From the NCBI GenBank assembly GCA_030698625.1, contig JAUYMS010000017.1, forward strand, positions 12,962-76,961: a stretch of 64,000 bases of DNA. Direction: 5' to 3'. The notes below the pieces were generated by a model that did not search any database, had not been told where the DNA came from, and saw only the letters and a program-made list of their open reading frames with translations. A program made the translations under genes and the position numbers. Each line of letters starts with the position of its first letter. The first letter of the stretch is position 1. Source of the DNA: Candidatus Omnitrophota bacterium. Lineage in GTDB: Bacteria > Omnitrophota > Omnitrophia > Omnitrophales > Aquincolibacteriaceae. Below, piece by piece: positions 17,155 to 26,900 of the stretch.

Positions 17155-18687
17155 ATGGTTGCTACAGCCCATCCTTATGCTACCGACGCCGCTCTGGAAA
17201 TTCTCCGCTCAGGCGGTAATGCCGTTGACGCAGCGATCGCTGCCCAGTGGGTTCTCAATGTCGTGGAACCTTTTTCTTCAGGAATCGGCGGCGGCGGATT
17301 TTTTCTCTTTTATGGTGCGGACAACGGGCGGGTCTATACTTTTGACGGTCGTGAGAAAGCCCCGGCTGCCGCAGATCCTGAAATGTTTCTGGATGCGACG
17401 GGTAATCCCCACCCCTTTTTTCCTGATCGAATCACCGGAGGCTTACCGGTCGGGGTTCCCGGGACATTGAAATTACTCGAGACGGTTCACGCACGATTCG
17501 GAAGCAGAAAAATGACTTTCTCGGAACTCTTTGAGCCGGCAATTCGCCATGCGCGAGAAGGTTTCATGGTCTCGGCACGCATGAACCGGTTTACCGAAGA
17601 GCAACGGGAGCGTCTTTATCTTTTTGACGCGTCGCGACGGATTTTTCTGACGACCGGAGGTAAACCATTGCCCTCAGGAACCGTTTTAAAGCAGCCGGAT
17701 CTGGCGCGCACGTTTGAGGCAATTCGCGACGGGGGAATCGATGTGTTCTATAAGGGTGAGATCGCGGAAGCGATCGTTCAAGCCGTACGAGATGCCCCCT
17801 TTCATCCCGGACGCATGACGAAAGCCGATCTTGCGAACTATGAGGTCCTTGAGCGTGACGCGCTTCGCGGCACATACCGGGGGTATGAAATCGTCGGCAT
17901 GGGCCCGCCTTCATCAGGCGGTACCACATTGCTCGAGATGTTGAATCTCTTAGAGCTTACGAATTTGTCCGGATTAGATACCCTGGAAGAAGCCGCCGTC
18001 ATGGTTGAAGCCCAAAAGCTGGCTTTTGAAGACCGCAATCGTTTTATCGGGGATCCGGATCAAGTGGATGTGCCGGTTGAGCGATTGATATCTAAGGAAT
18101 TTGCCCGCGGACGGGCCGAACCCATTCACACTTCTCATATCTCCATCGTAGACGATTACGGCAATATGGTGGCTTTTACTACGACGATCGAACACACCTA
18201 TGGTTCGGGGCTCGTGGTGCCGGGATGGGGATTTTTACTGAACAATGAACTCACCGATTTTGACGTTGAACCTCTCGCAGACGGCACCCCGCATCCGAAC
18301 GCCCCTGCTGCACAGAAACGGCCGCGCAGCAGCATGACACCAACCTTCGTATTCAAAGAGAGTCGGCCGTATCTGGTCATCGGGTCACCGGGCGGCTCGA
18401 CCATCATCGGAACGGTACTCAATATTATCGTCAATATGATCGATCATGAAATGACGCTCGATGGGGCGCTTACGGCTGCCAAGAAGATTCACCGGGGCCG
18501 CGGCGTGGAACTTGAGACACCTCTCTACGAGTCGGGGGCGATGCGGCAGTTTTTAACAGACCGAGGTTATGCCGTAGGGCATAACGACTCCTTTGGGAAT
18601 GCCCAGGGTATTTGGTTTAACGAAGCCGAACGGGTTTTGGTGGGAGCCAGTGATCCTCGCGGAGAAGGCAAAGCGGAAGGCTATTAA
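17155..18687 (+). CDS. ggt: Gamma-glutamyltranspeptidase (Ntn-hydrolase); the true start is probably upstream at CTG 17077 (see findings)
   Basis: GGT signature HTSHISIVDDYGNMVAFTTTIEHTYGSGLVVPGWGFLLNNELTDF, with the nucleophile Thr in the TTTIE block. An in-frame signal-peptide-like sequence (LLIFLAFLITSNQAFA) lies 5' of the ATG at 17155. Confidence 0.85.
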   Translation: MVATAHPYATDAALEILRSGGNAVDAAIAAQWVLNVVEPFSSGIGGGGFFLFYGADNGRVYTFDGREKAPAAADPEMFLDATGNPHPFFPDRITGGLPVGVPGTLKLLETVHARFGSRKMTFSELFEPAIRHAREGFMVSARMNRFTEEQRERLYLFDASRRIFLTTGGKPLPSGTVLKQPDLARTFEAIRDGGIDVFYKGEIAEAIVQAVRDAPFHPGRMTKADLANYEVLERDALRGTYRGYEIVGMGPPSSGGTTLLEMLNLLELTNLSGLDTLEEAAVMVEAQKLAFEDRNRFIGDPDQVDVPVERLISKEFARGRAEPIHTSHISIVDDYGNMVAFTTTIEHTYGSGLVVPGWGFLLNNELTDFDVEPLADGTPHPNAPAAQKRPRSSMTPTFVFKESRPYLVIGSPGGSTIIGTVLNIIVNMIDHEMTLDGALTAAKKIHRGRGVELETPLYESGAMRQFLTDRGYAVGHNDSFGNAQGIWFNEAERVLVGASDPRGEGKAEGY

Positions 18688-18693
18688 CGTTAT

Positions 18694-19224
18694 ATGGAAC
18701 CGGAGCTTTTATACAAGGGAGATTACTTACAACTCCTACGCAAGGATGACTGGGAGTATGCCGAAAGATTAAACTGTAGCGGAGTTGTCTTTATTATCGC
18801 GATAACCGATGATGAGAAGATTGTTTTGATTGAGCAGTTCCGGGTCCCTGTCGGCAAAAGGTTGATTGAAATCCCTGCGGGCATTGCCGGTGATGATCAT
18901 CACGCCGGTGAAACCAACGAAACCGCGGCGAAAAGGGAACTTGTGGAAGAGACCGGCTATGAAGCAAAAGTCCTGGTCCCGCTTGTCACAGGGCCGGTGG
19001 CTCCGGGATCGTCTTCGATGGTGATGACTTTTTATCTGGCCCAGGGGCTCAAGAAAATCGGCCAAGGCGGCGGAGATCACACCGAAGATATCAAGGTCCA
19101 TGAAGTTCCCTTGAGTGAAGTTGATGAGTGGTTGAAAAACAAGCACGGTGATGACCTGTGGGTGGATCCCCGAGTCTTCATCGCGCTCTATCTATTGAGA
19201 CACCGTATGCCTAAGGACAGGTAA
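18694..19224 (+). CDS. NUDIX hydrolase (ADP-ribose pyrophosphatase-like)
   Basis: Nudix box GETNETAAKRELVEETGYEA (GX5EX7REUXEEXGU). Confidence 0.85.
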   Translation: MEPELLYKGDYLQLLRKDDWEYAERLNCSGVVFIIAITDDEKIVLIEQFRVPVGKRLIEIPAGIAGDDHHAGETNETAAKRELVEETGYEAKVLVPLVTGPVAPGSSSMVMTFYLAQGLKKIGQGGGDHTEDIKVHEVPLSEVDEWLKNKHGDDLWVDPRVFIALYLLRHRMPKDR

Positions 19225-19225
19225 C

Positions 19226-19471
19226 ATGACAAGACGTTGGTATTTGATACCCTTATGTCTGATACTGTTCGCCTCATGTGCAAGCAATCCCGATATCGGC
19301 ATGACGGCTTATGATATCTACGAGCTGCGGGTCGCGGAACTACAGGCGGCGGTCGAAAGCCAAAAGATGACTACAGCGCAAGCCGAGATCGAGCGGAGAG
19401 CGGCGTATAATGAGTACTTACAAGGAGTTAAGGATTATACGATTCAACGTGAAGGGACGCGAAATTGGTAA
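19226..19471 (+). CDS. Small lipoprotein of unknown function
   Basis: Signal peptide + lipobox MTRRWYLIPLCLILFASC|ASN. The start is 1 nt after the NUDIX stop. Confidence 0.55.
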   Translation: MTRRWYLIPLCLILFASCASNPDIGMTAYDIYELRVAELQAAVESQKMTTAQAEIERRAAYNEYLQGVKDYTIQREGTRNW

Positions 19472-19478
19472 GATACGG

Positions 19479-19487
19479 TGGTATAAT
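19479..19487 (+). promoter_or_regulatory. Extended -10 element (TGGTATAAT) upstream of the BI-1 gene
   Basis: TGnTATAAT at 19479-19487, about 30 nt upstream of the ATG at 19517, which carries a perfect SD AGGAGGTGA. Confidence 0.3.
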
Positions 19488-19516
19488 GTCACTGATATCA
19501 TTCTCACAGGAGGTGA

Positions 19517-20212
19517 GTGAACATGGATCAGAATAGAGATAAGTCATTTTCAGGAGCGAGTTCGGAAGCCTTGACCCAGACCTTCATGCAGCGGGTCTAT
19601 CAGTGGATGTCTGCGGGGCTGGCACTTACGGGGTTTATCGCCTATTGGGCTTCAGGTAATGTGAGCCTCATGCGCTCCCTGCACGGCGGTGCCTTTATCG
19701 TTTTGGTTTTAGTGGAGCTGGGCATCGTTTTTTGGCTTTCCTCACAGGCCATGCGTATTTCAGCGACGGCCGCAACAGCCGGATTTTTGATCTATTCGGC
19801 GTTGAACGGGTTAACTCTCTCCTATATTTTTATCATTTACACATCGGCCTCGATTGCCTCGACCTTTTTTATCACGGCCGGCACCTTCGCCGCTGTCAGT
19901 CTCTATGGCTGGACCACTAAGCAGGATCTCACCTCGCTCGGCGGTTTCTTTATCATGGGCCTGATCGGCATTATCATCGCAAGCGTAGTCAACATGTTTA
20001 TGCGCTCACCCCTATTGTATTGGGCCATCAGCTACATCGGCGTGGGGTTATTCATCGGCCTTACTGCCTATGACACGCAAAAGCTGAAGAACATTCATCA
20101 GAGCAACCCCGGGGCTCCGGATCAATTGGCCATTTTGGGCGCGTTATCGCTGTATCTCGATTTTATTAACATGTTCATCTTTCTGCTGAGAATATTCGGG
20201 AGACGCCGTTAA
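19517..20212 (+). CDS. Bax-inhibitor-1/YccA (TMBIM) family membrane protein
   Basis: 231 aa with 7 predicted TM helices and the family C-terminal block GALSLYLDFINMFIFLLRIFG. Confidence 0.85.
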   Translation: MNMDQNRDKSFSGASSEALTQTFMQRVYQWMSAGLALTGFIAYWASGNVSLMRSLHGGAFIVLVLVELGIVFWLSSQAMRISATAATAGFLIYSALNGLTLSYIFIIYTSASIASTFFITAGTFAAVSLYGWTTKQDLTSLGGFFIMGLIGIIIASVVNMFMRSPLLYWAISYIGVGLFIGLTAYDTQKLKNIHQSNPGAPDQLAILGALSLYLDFINMFIFLLRIFGRRR

Positions 20213-20775
20213 TTCGTCTTAGAAAGTCGTCGCCGAACCCGCATGGCTGCCAAGCCACCCAGCATGAGAGCCAGAGTGCCGGCCTCAGGGGTTTGAGGGA
20301 TCTTATCGTAATCGATATCCAGACGCGATCGAATAAGCTCAATTTTTTCTGAGTTGAAAGCCGTCTGCTCTGAGAGCCCAACCAGAAAACTCTCGCTGCC
20401 CGACTCTAGCAAAGTTTTAAGTAAACCCACATCCAAAGACCAGGTATCGGTGCGGCCGGCAGCGTCGCTTTCCAGAAGTGTCCCCAGAAGAGTGCCGCTT
20501 GGGGTCGTCGCGATCCAGATTTCCCGCGTTGGGCCCTCGTTAAGATTTCCCTTGTGGGTGAGACTGAGCTCGACCGAATGGATTTTTGCCGCCTGCGGAA
20601 AGGCCGTCAGATCATGGGCGTAGGTGTAATTGATCTGATTTCCGGACAACGTATCAGTCACGACAAGCGGTCCCGAAAAATCTAAGGCATCGAAGAAAGT
20701 TACGGCGTAAGCCGGTGTAGAGGTAGCTAAAGCCACGGCGGCAAGCAGGGCCGCAAGTGTAAGTGTTCGGTTCAT
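20209..20775 (-). CDS. Secreted PEP-CTERM-anchored protein (exosortase substrate)
   Basis: Signal peptide MNRTLTLAALLAAVALATSTPAYA. C-terminal PEP-CTERM-like sorting signal IPQTPEAGTLALMLGGLAAMRVRRRLSKTN. The ATG at 20773-20775 has an AGGAGG SD; the ORF-track start at 20868 is probably too long. Confidence 0.75.
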   Translation of the reverse strand: MNRTLTLAALLAAVALATSTPAYAVTFFDALDFSGPLVVTDTLSGNQINYTYAHDLTAFPQAAKIHSVELSLTHKGNLNEGPTREIWIATTPSGTLLGTLLESDAAGRTDTWSLDVGLLKTLLESGSESFLVGLSEQTAFNSEKIELIRSRLDIDYDKIPQTPEAGTLALMLGGLAAMRVRRRLSKTN

Positions 20776-20959
20776 GGGGATCCTCCTCATGAGGGGTTGT
20801 GAGGAAGAATCACGATCCGACAGGAATACCCTCAGATGCAAGAAACACGCCATGGTGTATAAAGACAAAATTTTAATTCATTAATTATCATAAGCAACTT
20901 CATCAAACCTACTTAGGGAAAAGCTCAAAATGCCGACAATCGCATAAGGATATGTTTGT

Positions 20960-21706
20960 ATGTCTATGTCGCTAAACACTTTGACGAAAAAAATATACTT
21001 CGGATTCCTGTTGCTCACGGGTCTACTTGCGCTTAATGCTTTACGGGTTCAGGCAGAAACCGCGAAGTCTCCCGAGACGATTGTCATCGCCGGCGTCGAG
21101 CGAGTGCTTGAAAAATTCGAAGACGAGCATCCCAAAGACAAATCAAAAGTCATGTATACCTACTACACGGATGGAGGGAGGCCCGTTTTGCAGGGAACCT
21201 TTATGCGTTGGTCGAGTGGGGGGGAGAAGATATTTGAAGCCCGGTACGAACAAGGGAAACTCAATGGCAGAGTCACTGAGTGGTATGGATTGGGCGAGAC
21301 AAAGTCCGAGGTCGATTACGTCGATGGAGAGAAGCACGGAAAACGGCAGGACTGGTTTCAGGGAGGCGAGAAATCGACGGAAATTGACTATATCCACGAC
21401 GAAGTGCAAGGGAAAGTTGTCCGCTGGTACCGGTCGGGCCAGATGGAGTCCGAGGCCCCCTATGAGCTGGGGCTGTTGAATGGGACATGGACGGGCTGGT
21501 ATGAAAACGGAAACAAGAAATTCGAAAGAAACTTCAAAAACGGCCTCAGGCAGGGAAAATCCATCCGCTGGTACGAGAACGACGATAAGATGTATGAGAC
21601 GGATTATGATAACGACCAGCGTCACGGTAACCACCTCTGGTGGGACGAGAACGGGAACCTCGTCAAGAAGGTTCAGTACAGGGACGGCAAGCTCATATCC
21701 TCCTAA
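20960..21706 (+). CDS. Secreted MORN-repeat protein (YwqK-like)
   Basis: Signal peptide followed by multiple YxxGxxxGxxxxWYxNG MORN-type repeats (WYGLGETKSEVDYVDGEKHG, WYRSGQMESEAPYELGLLNG, WYENGNKKFERNFKNGLRQG...). Confidence 0.8.
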   Translation: MSMSLNTLTKKIYFGFLLLTGLLALNALRVQAETAKSPETIVIAGVERVLEKFEDEHPKDKSKVMYTYYTDGGRPVLQGTFMRWSSGGEKIFEARYEQGKLNGRVTEWYGLGETKSEVDYVDGEKHGKRQDWFQGGEKSTEIDYIHDEVQGKVVRWYRSGQMESEAPYELGLLNGTWTGWYENGNKKFERNFKNGLRQGKSIRWYENDDKMYETDYDNDQRHGNHLWWDENGNLVKKVQYRDGKLISS

Positions 21707-21985
21707 ACACCCCTAGTCATCCCAAAGGTCAGAAGGACCCCAGGACACCCCGAAAAATCCCCACTTTTTTTCAGATGAGTCAAAATGGCAACATTTTAAG
21801 TCGTTTAATTAAAAAGACTTAGAATGTCCTGATTTTCGCCCTCAAATAGTTGTTCCCTCCGATTTGATAAACCTCAAAACGCATGGCACACTTTTATAAC
21901 TCTTGTTTTCGTGGGATTTCCTAGCAATTTATAGCGCTCGGGGATCCTGCAACTACTTTAAATACGACAAGTTAAGGAACTGGGA
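21707..21985 (+). promoter_or_regulatory. AT-rich promoter island upstream of giant gene 2
   Basis: About 280 bp of low-GC sequence with several TTGATA/TATAAC-like hexamers. SD AAGGA at 21974-21978 is 7 nt before the ATG at 21986. Confidence 0.35.
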
Positions 21986-23980
21986 ATGTCTAAAAATACG
22001 TCCATTCTTTATCCCTGGATAAAGTTAATTGCCACAGTGACCGTGTGTCTGTTTACGCTCAACACAGTTGCTTGGTCCGCACCCACAGTCCCACAGGCCA
22101 ATATCACGCTTAGCGCACCGTTCAAGTCTCCCGAAATCAAGGACCTGTCGTTACTCGAACGGTTTACGATTCCGCCTCATCTCGGCAGTATCGAAGCGAT
22201 CCATATTCCGCAAGACATCAGCGAGCGCATGGCTTCGCCGACAATCATTCACATTCAAGACGCCCACACCAGCCTCGAAGCCCAGATCAAGATGAAGGAA
22301 TTGATTCACTACCTCCACGAAAAGCACAATTTTGATCTTATCCTGGTGGAAGGAGGCCAGGGTGCGCTAGACGCAGAACGACTCGATTTCTTTGACAACC
22401 CGGCATTAAACCAAAAGGTCGCAACCGATCTCGCCCAGAAAGGGGAAATCGGCGGCGCGGAACTCTATCTTCTAGAGAACCGTGAACAGGGAGCTGAGGT
22501 CGTCGGTGTTGAAGATGACCGGCTGTACTGGGAAAACCTGGCCGCGTTTCGGCGCGTGCTAGCGGGACGCGATAAGTCAGATGATTTTCTCGACAATCTC
22601 AAAACGAGTTTAGGCTCTTTGAGCTCTCTGTACTTCAGCCCCGAGCTGCGCGATTTTACAAGGGATTGGCTGCTCATCCAAGATTCAACCGAAAAGACGA
22701 TTCAACGTTTAGGCGTTTTGAAGAAAGCCGCCCTCGGCCACCTACAGGTCGATCTCGACAATGCCGCCGAACAGAAATCATGGCCGTATTTGGTGCGCTT
22801 TTTTAAAGTGAGAGAGCTTGAGCGCGCGCTGGATTTTAAGCAGGCCGGTATGGAAAAAGGGCATATCGTAGAATGGCTAGCAACGCAGAAACTCGATAGC
22901 TATTGGGCCGAGGGCCTTCAATTGCTCTTTGATGAGGGCAATCAAAACCCGACAGACCCCAACGATGTCCGCAAGAATCCGCGGCCTTTCTTGGAGCGCT
23001 TTTACCAGGCGGTAAAACCGCTCGGTTTTAACTTTGACAAGTACGAAAACTTTGGGCGATACCTCGCTCTTGTAACCCTTGAGCGTGAGATTGATGCCTC
23101 TGCATTCTTTCGGGAAATCCAAAACCTGACAAAGAAAATTACCGTGAGTCTCGCGCACAGCGACGAAGCCGGTCGCCTGGTTGAGTTGCTAGAAGACTAT
23201 CAGCTATGTAAGAAACTGTTTGGCCTGGAACTTACGCGCTCAGAGTTTTCGGCGATCCAGAAATCCCGGGATAAATACCTCCCCCGCGCCATGGCGGACC
23301 GCGCCCTCGCATTTGATAATGGCAGGACAAAGCTGACGTTTAATTCCCTCTCAGACCTCGACGCGCTTTTCCGGTTGGTACTCCGGTTTTACGAAGGGAC
23401 GATGCAGCGCGATATGGCGATGATCGAAAACGCCATGAGCGTCATGAAAAGCAAGAAGTCGAACAAGGCCATACTCGTGACCGGCGGATTTCACAGCGAA
23501 GGGCTTCGCGGACTCTTTGAAGAAAAGGGATTCGCTTACGCGCAAGTGGCTCCGAGAATCTCAGAACTCAATTCGACCGTGAACTATCACGACGTGATGC
23601 AGGGGAAAATCGATGACGTCCTCCTGCAGAACTCACAATTAAAGAGCGCGTTGTATCTAATAGCGCGTAGTAACGTGCGCCCGGAGCGGGCGATTCGAAT
23701 TCTTCGCGCGGCCGGCTTTCGGCCACAGGACCTACTTAACATCCCCGCTGAAAACATCCTCTCCGATCCGAGAACAAGAGCCCTGCCGAATGGAGCGCAA
23801 CGCGACTTAGCGCTTCATTTTCTTAGACTTCAAGTCGCGCTTTATCAGGAACTCAAACAGGCCGAATCCGTAGCCGCGGTGCTCAGTGGACGCACTCAGC
23901 GCACCGCGGACGGATTCGGTTCCGCAGAACCCAGATTTGCCCGTTCCGTAACAGGTGTGGTCACACAGTGGGTGCGCTCA
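21986..23980 (+). other. Shared N-terminal module (copy 2)
   Basis: Hydrophobic leader MSKNTSILYPWIKLIATVTVCLFTLNTVAWSAPT. Conserved blocks IIHIQDAHT (about 22243-22270), GGAELYLL, WPYLVRFFKV, and VTGGFHSEGL (about 23470-23510). Confidence 0.6.
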
Positions 23981-26900
23981 CGCTCGGAACTACGAGCGTC
24001 GTTGGTTGCGACAGAGATGATGCTCTCCGATATTCTGCCTGCGGGTGAGGTCATCGACCGCGTCATTATCGTTGCGGACAATAGCGGCACTCTTACCGAA
24101 CACCGCAAAAAACCCCTGGAGGGAGAGATGCTCAATGCGCTGCGTGCATTTCTGGGCGAGGCAGGCAATGCGCTGCTAGTTAATTCCGGCGATCCGTTCG
24201 CGATGATCACGACCGTGTCTCAGGAGCCTCTTCTTACCTCACTCGACGCGGAATCGGCCTCCCGCATGCGCCTAATTACCGATGGGGGGAAGACAAAACT
24301 CTCAGTAGGCGCGGGCGGTACCATCGAAAACAAAGTAACGGACCCCGATTGGAGCCGCGACGTACAGATCGCGTACACTCGTGCGCTGATTGAAAGTTTT
24401 TATGATGCGGTTAAGAAAAGACACGGACCGCTCAAAGACATGATCGGTGACATAGCGGACAGTACACTGGAGGATTTCAGGGCAGAGTTGCTTGGAAAAC
24501 TTCGGGATGAGGACGAGCTGGGCCGTTGGGGTATACCGTCCAGCGGGGAGCAGGTTTACGAATTCTCCATTGTTACCGATGCCTTACGTGAAAAGATCGG
24601 CGACGTATTTGTTTATGAAGCCGGCTCCAAGGTAACACTCGAGATGGAAAGCGCCCGAGACGCTTATTCTCTGGCGCTCATCCAGGATATTGAAGCGGGT
24701 TTTAGGGCTAGGCACGTCACCGGTGATGGGAGCTTGTACGTTGCGTCGGGAGATTGGTTCGTTGACATTACAGCGACGACGAAGGCTCTAGCCGTTAAGA
24801 AGACATTGGAAGACATCTTCTCAGAAATAGGGCCGGAAGAAAATGTGGTGATATTTATCATAGGCGACGGCGGCAACGATCTCGATACGCTGAATCTGGA
24901 CCTCTCAGGCCGAGCGCACACGGCAGTCATCCCTGTTTTTCTACAGCATGATGAAATTTACGGCGAAGCCTTGCCGGCGCATGCATGGGTCTCGCGGGAG
25001 ACGAAAATGGATGGCGGTCTTGAGGTGGTCCGTTATGCCTTAGGCCTTGTCGGTAAGAAGGTATCCGAGACAGCCGCATTGCCGCTGCTGAAATGGCAGC
25101 GCTCGGAACCGCGCGCTGATGAAGCCACAGAGGCGATTGATCTAAAAGATAAAACCGTATTGCTGCTTCCGGGAGGCGGCTCCCTTGTTGAGAAGATGGG
25201 CAAAGTCCTCTACGAGGAAGACGAGACTTACCGCAAGGTCATGGACGATGCCGCCAAGATCCTGGGGTATAACCTGGCCGAAAAGATTTTTACGCTTTCC
25301 GAAAAAGAGCTCGAGAACCCGATCTATGATGAACCCGCCATTGTATTGACGCTGTATGCGCTTTATGCGTCGGTTGAAGCAGCACTCGGTTATCCGCCAG
25401 AGGAAGGCGCCATTTACGGTCTCTCACGCGGTGCGATTACGGCCGCGATGATTGCCGGCTCACTTTCATTTGAAGATGGGGTGCGTCTTGCACAGCGGTA
25501 CGGCGAGGCTTTGAGCAAGACGCCTGCGGGTGCCATGATTCAGGTCATGGGGTTGCCCGGTGAAACCGTCGAAGGCATTGCCGCGGATCTCGACCTTGAT
25601 ATCGGTGTAGATCTTGGGGAAACACCGGCCATGGGGCACGTCCTGACGATCTCCGGACCGGCTGAGGTCATTAAGGAGGCGGCCCGCCGCGTTGAAGCAG
25701 CGAAAACGGTTGAACACCCGCATGTTCAGGTTGTCCAACTCGCCAATGGGGGTGTGGCCAGTCACAGCCGTGTCATTCAAGAGGCTGTGGATGATATCGA
25801 AAACTTCATTAAGACGCTCGAGGTGCGGAAGCCCTATGTGCCGCTCGTCAGCAATATTGACGGCAGTTTCCTTACGACTGCCGCGCAAGTTGAAAACGAG
25901 CTCTCCCAACACCTGGCTAACCGTATCCGCTTTCCGGCAGTACAAGAAACACTCAAAGCCGCCGGTGCCAACCGGTTTATGGAACTCGGGACCCGCCGCA
26001 AGGGTGTGCTGTCACGATTCCTCTATAAGACTGACCCGCGGCCGGAATACGTGGACGCACCGGCCGCAGGCGATGCCACCAACTGGGAACGCTTCGTCGC
26101 GAAATTCAAGACACCGGCGATGCCCGAAAGGCTTGTCACAAAGCTGCGCAGCGTCAACCAAGAAGGTGCGGACAATCTCAAAGTATCAGATGAAAACGAG
26201 GAATACCGCCGGCACTGGATCCGTACGAACCAGCTGATACGTCAGGGGCTTGAGGAAGCAGGCGACGGCGGCACGGTCTTATTGTTCGGGCTTGGGAATG
26301 GTAATGAATTCGCAGAACGTTACAAGCGAGAAGATCCGGACTTTTTAACATTGGCGGATCTTGCGCGCCGCGTCGACCGTATTGTTGTCTTTGAGGCCGA
26401 TCCCGAATCCGCACAGCGAACCATTGCCTCGATTGGGGATCCCGCCCTCGAAGCCAAATTCACACTTGAACTCGGAGACGTTACGCGCTTAGGGGCCGCG
26501 TTTGCGCGAAAGGCCGGAAAAGTCATTCAGACATCCTCGCGCGATGATGTGATTGAAGACCTGACCGAGATGATTTCTCAGATTAGGATTCCGGTTATGG
26601 ACTACAGCGAGTACGAAGCCTCGCTGGTGCTTGCACCGACTGTCCTCTCACAGATATTTCTCCATACGCGCAGGGCTCTCTATGAGATGCTCGACGAACA
26701 ATTCGGTGATTTTGGAGGCGTTAACCTTTCGGGTCCCGAAGACGAAAAGCTGCCGCTCGCTGTTGCCATGTCCATGCTGGAGGGAGACATTCACCTCGCC
26801 TTTCTCCGTTCCCTGCGGAGGGGTGTCACCGACGACGGGCGAGCCGTCATTTCGTGGACGAAAGACCGGGTTCAGGGTGTTACGTCAGAAGACGGAGTGT

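Noticed and set aside
17144-17470. ORF 17144..17470 (+) overlapping the 5' end of ggt
   Set aside because: It is in a different frame from the well-supported GGT reading frame, with no homology signal. It is an artefact of GC-rich sequence.
20776-20868. The extended N-terminus of the PEP-CTERM protein as listed in the ORF track (start at 20868)
   Set aside because: The first 31 residues (MSLYTMACFLHLRVFLSDRDSSSQPLMRRIP) lack an RBS. The internal ATG at 20773-20775 has a perfect AGGAGG SD and begins a canonical signal peptide (MNRTLTLAALLAAVALA), so the shorter start is preferred.
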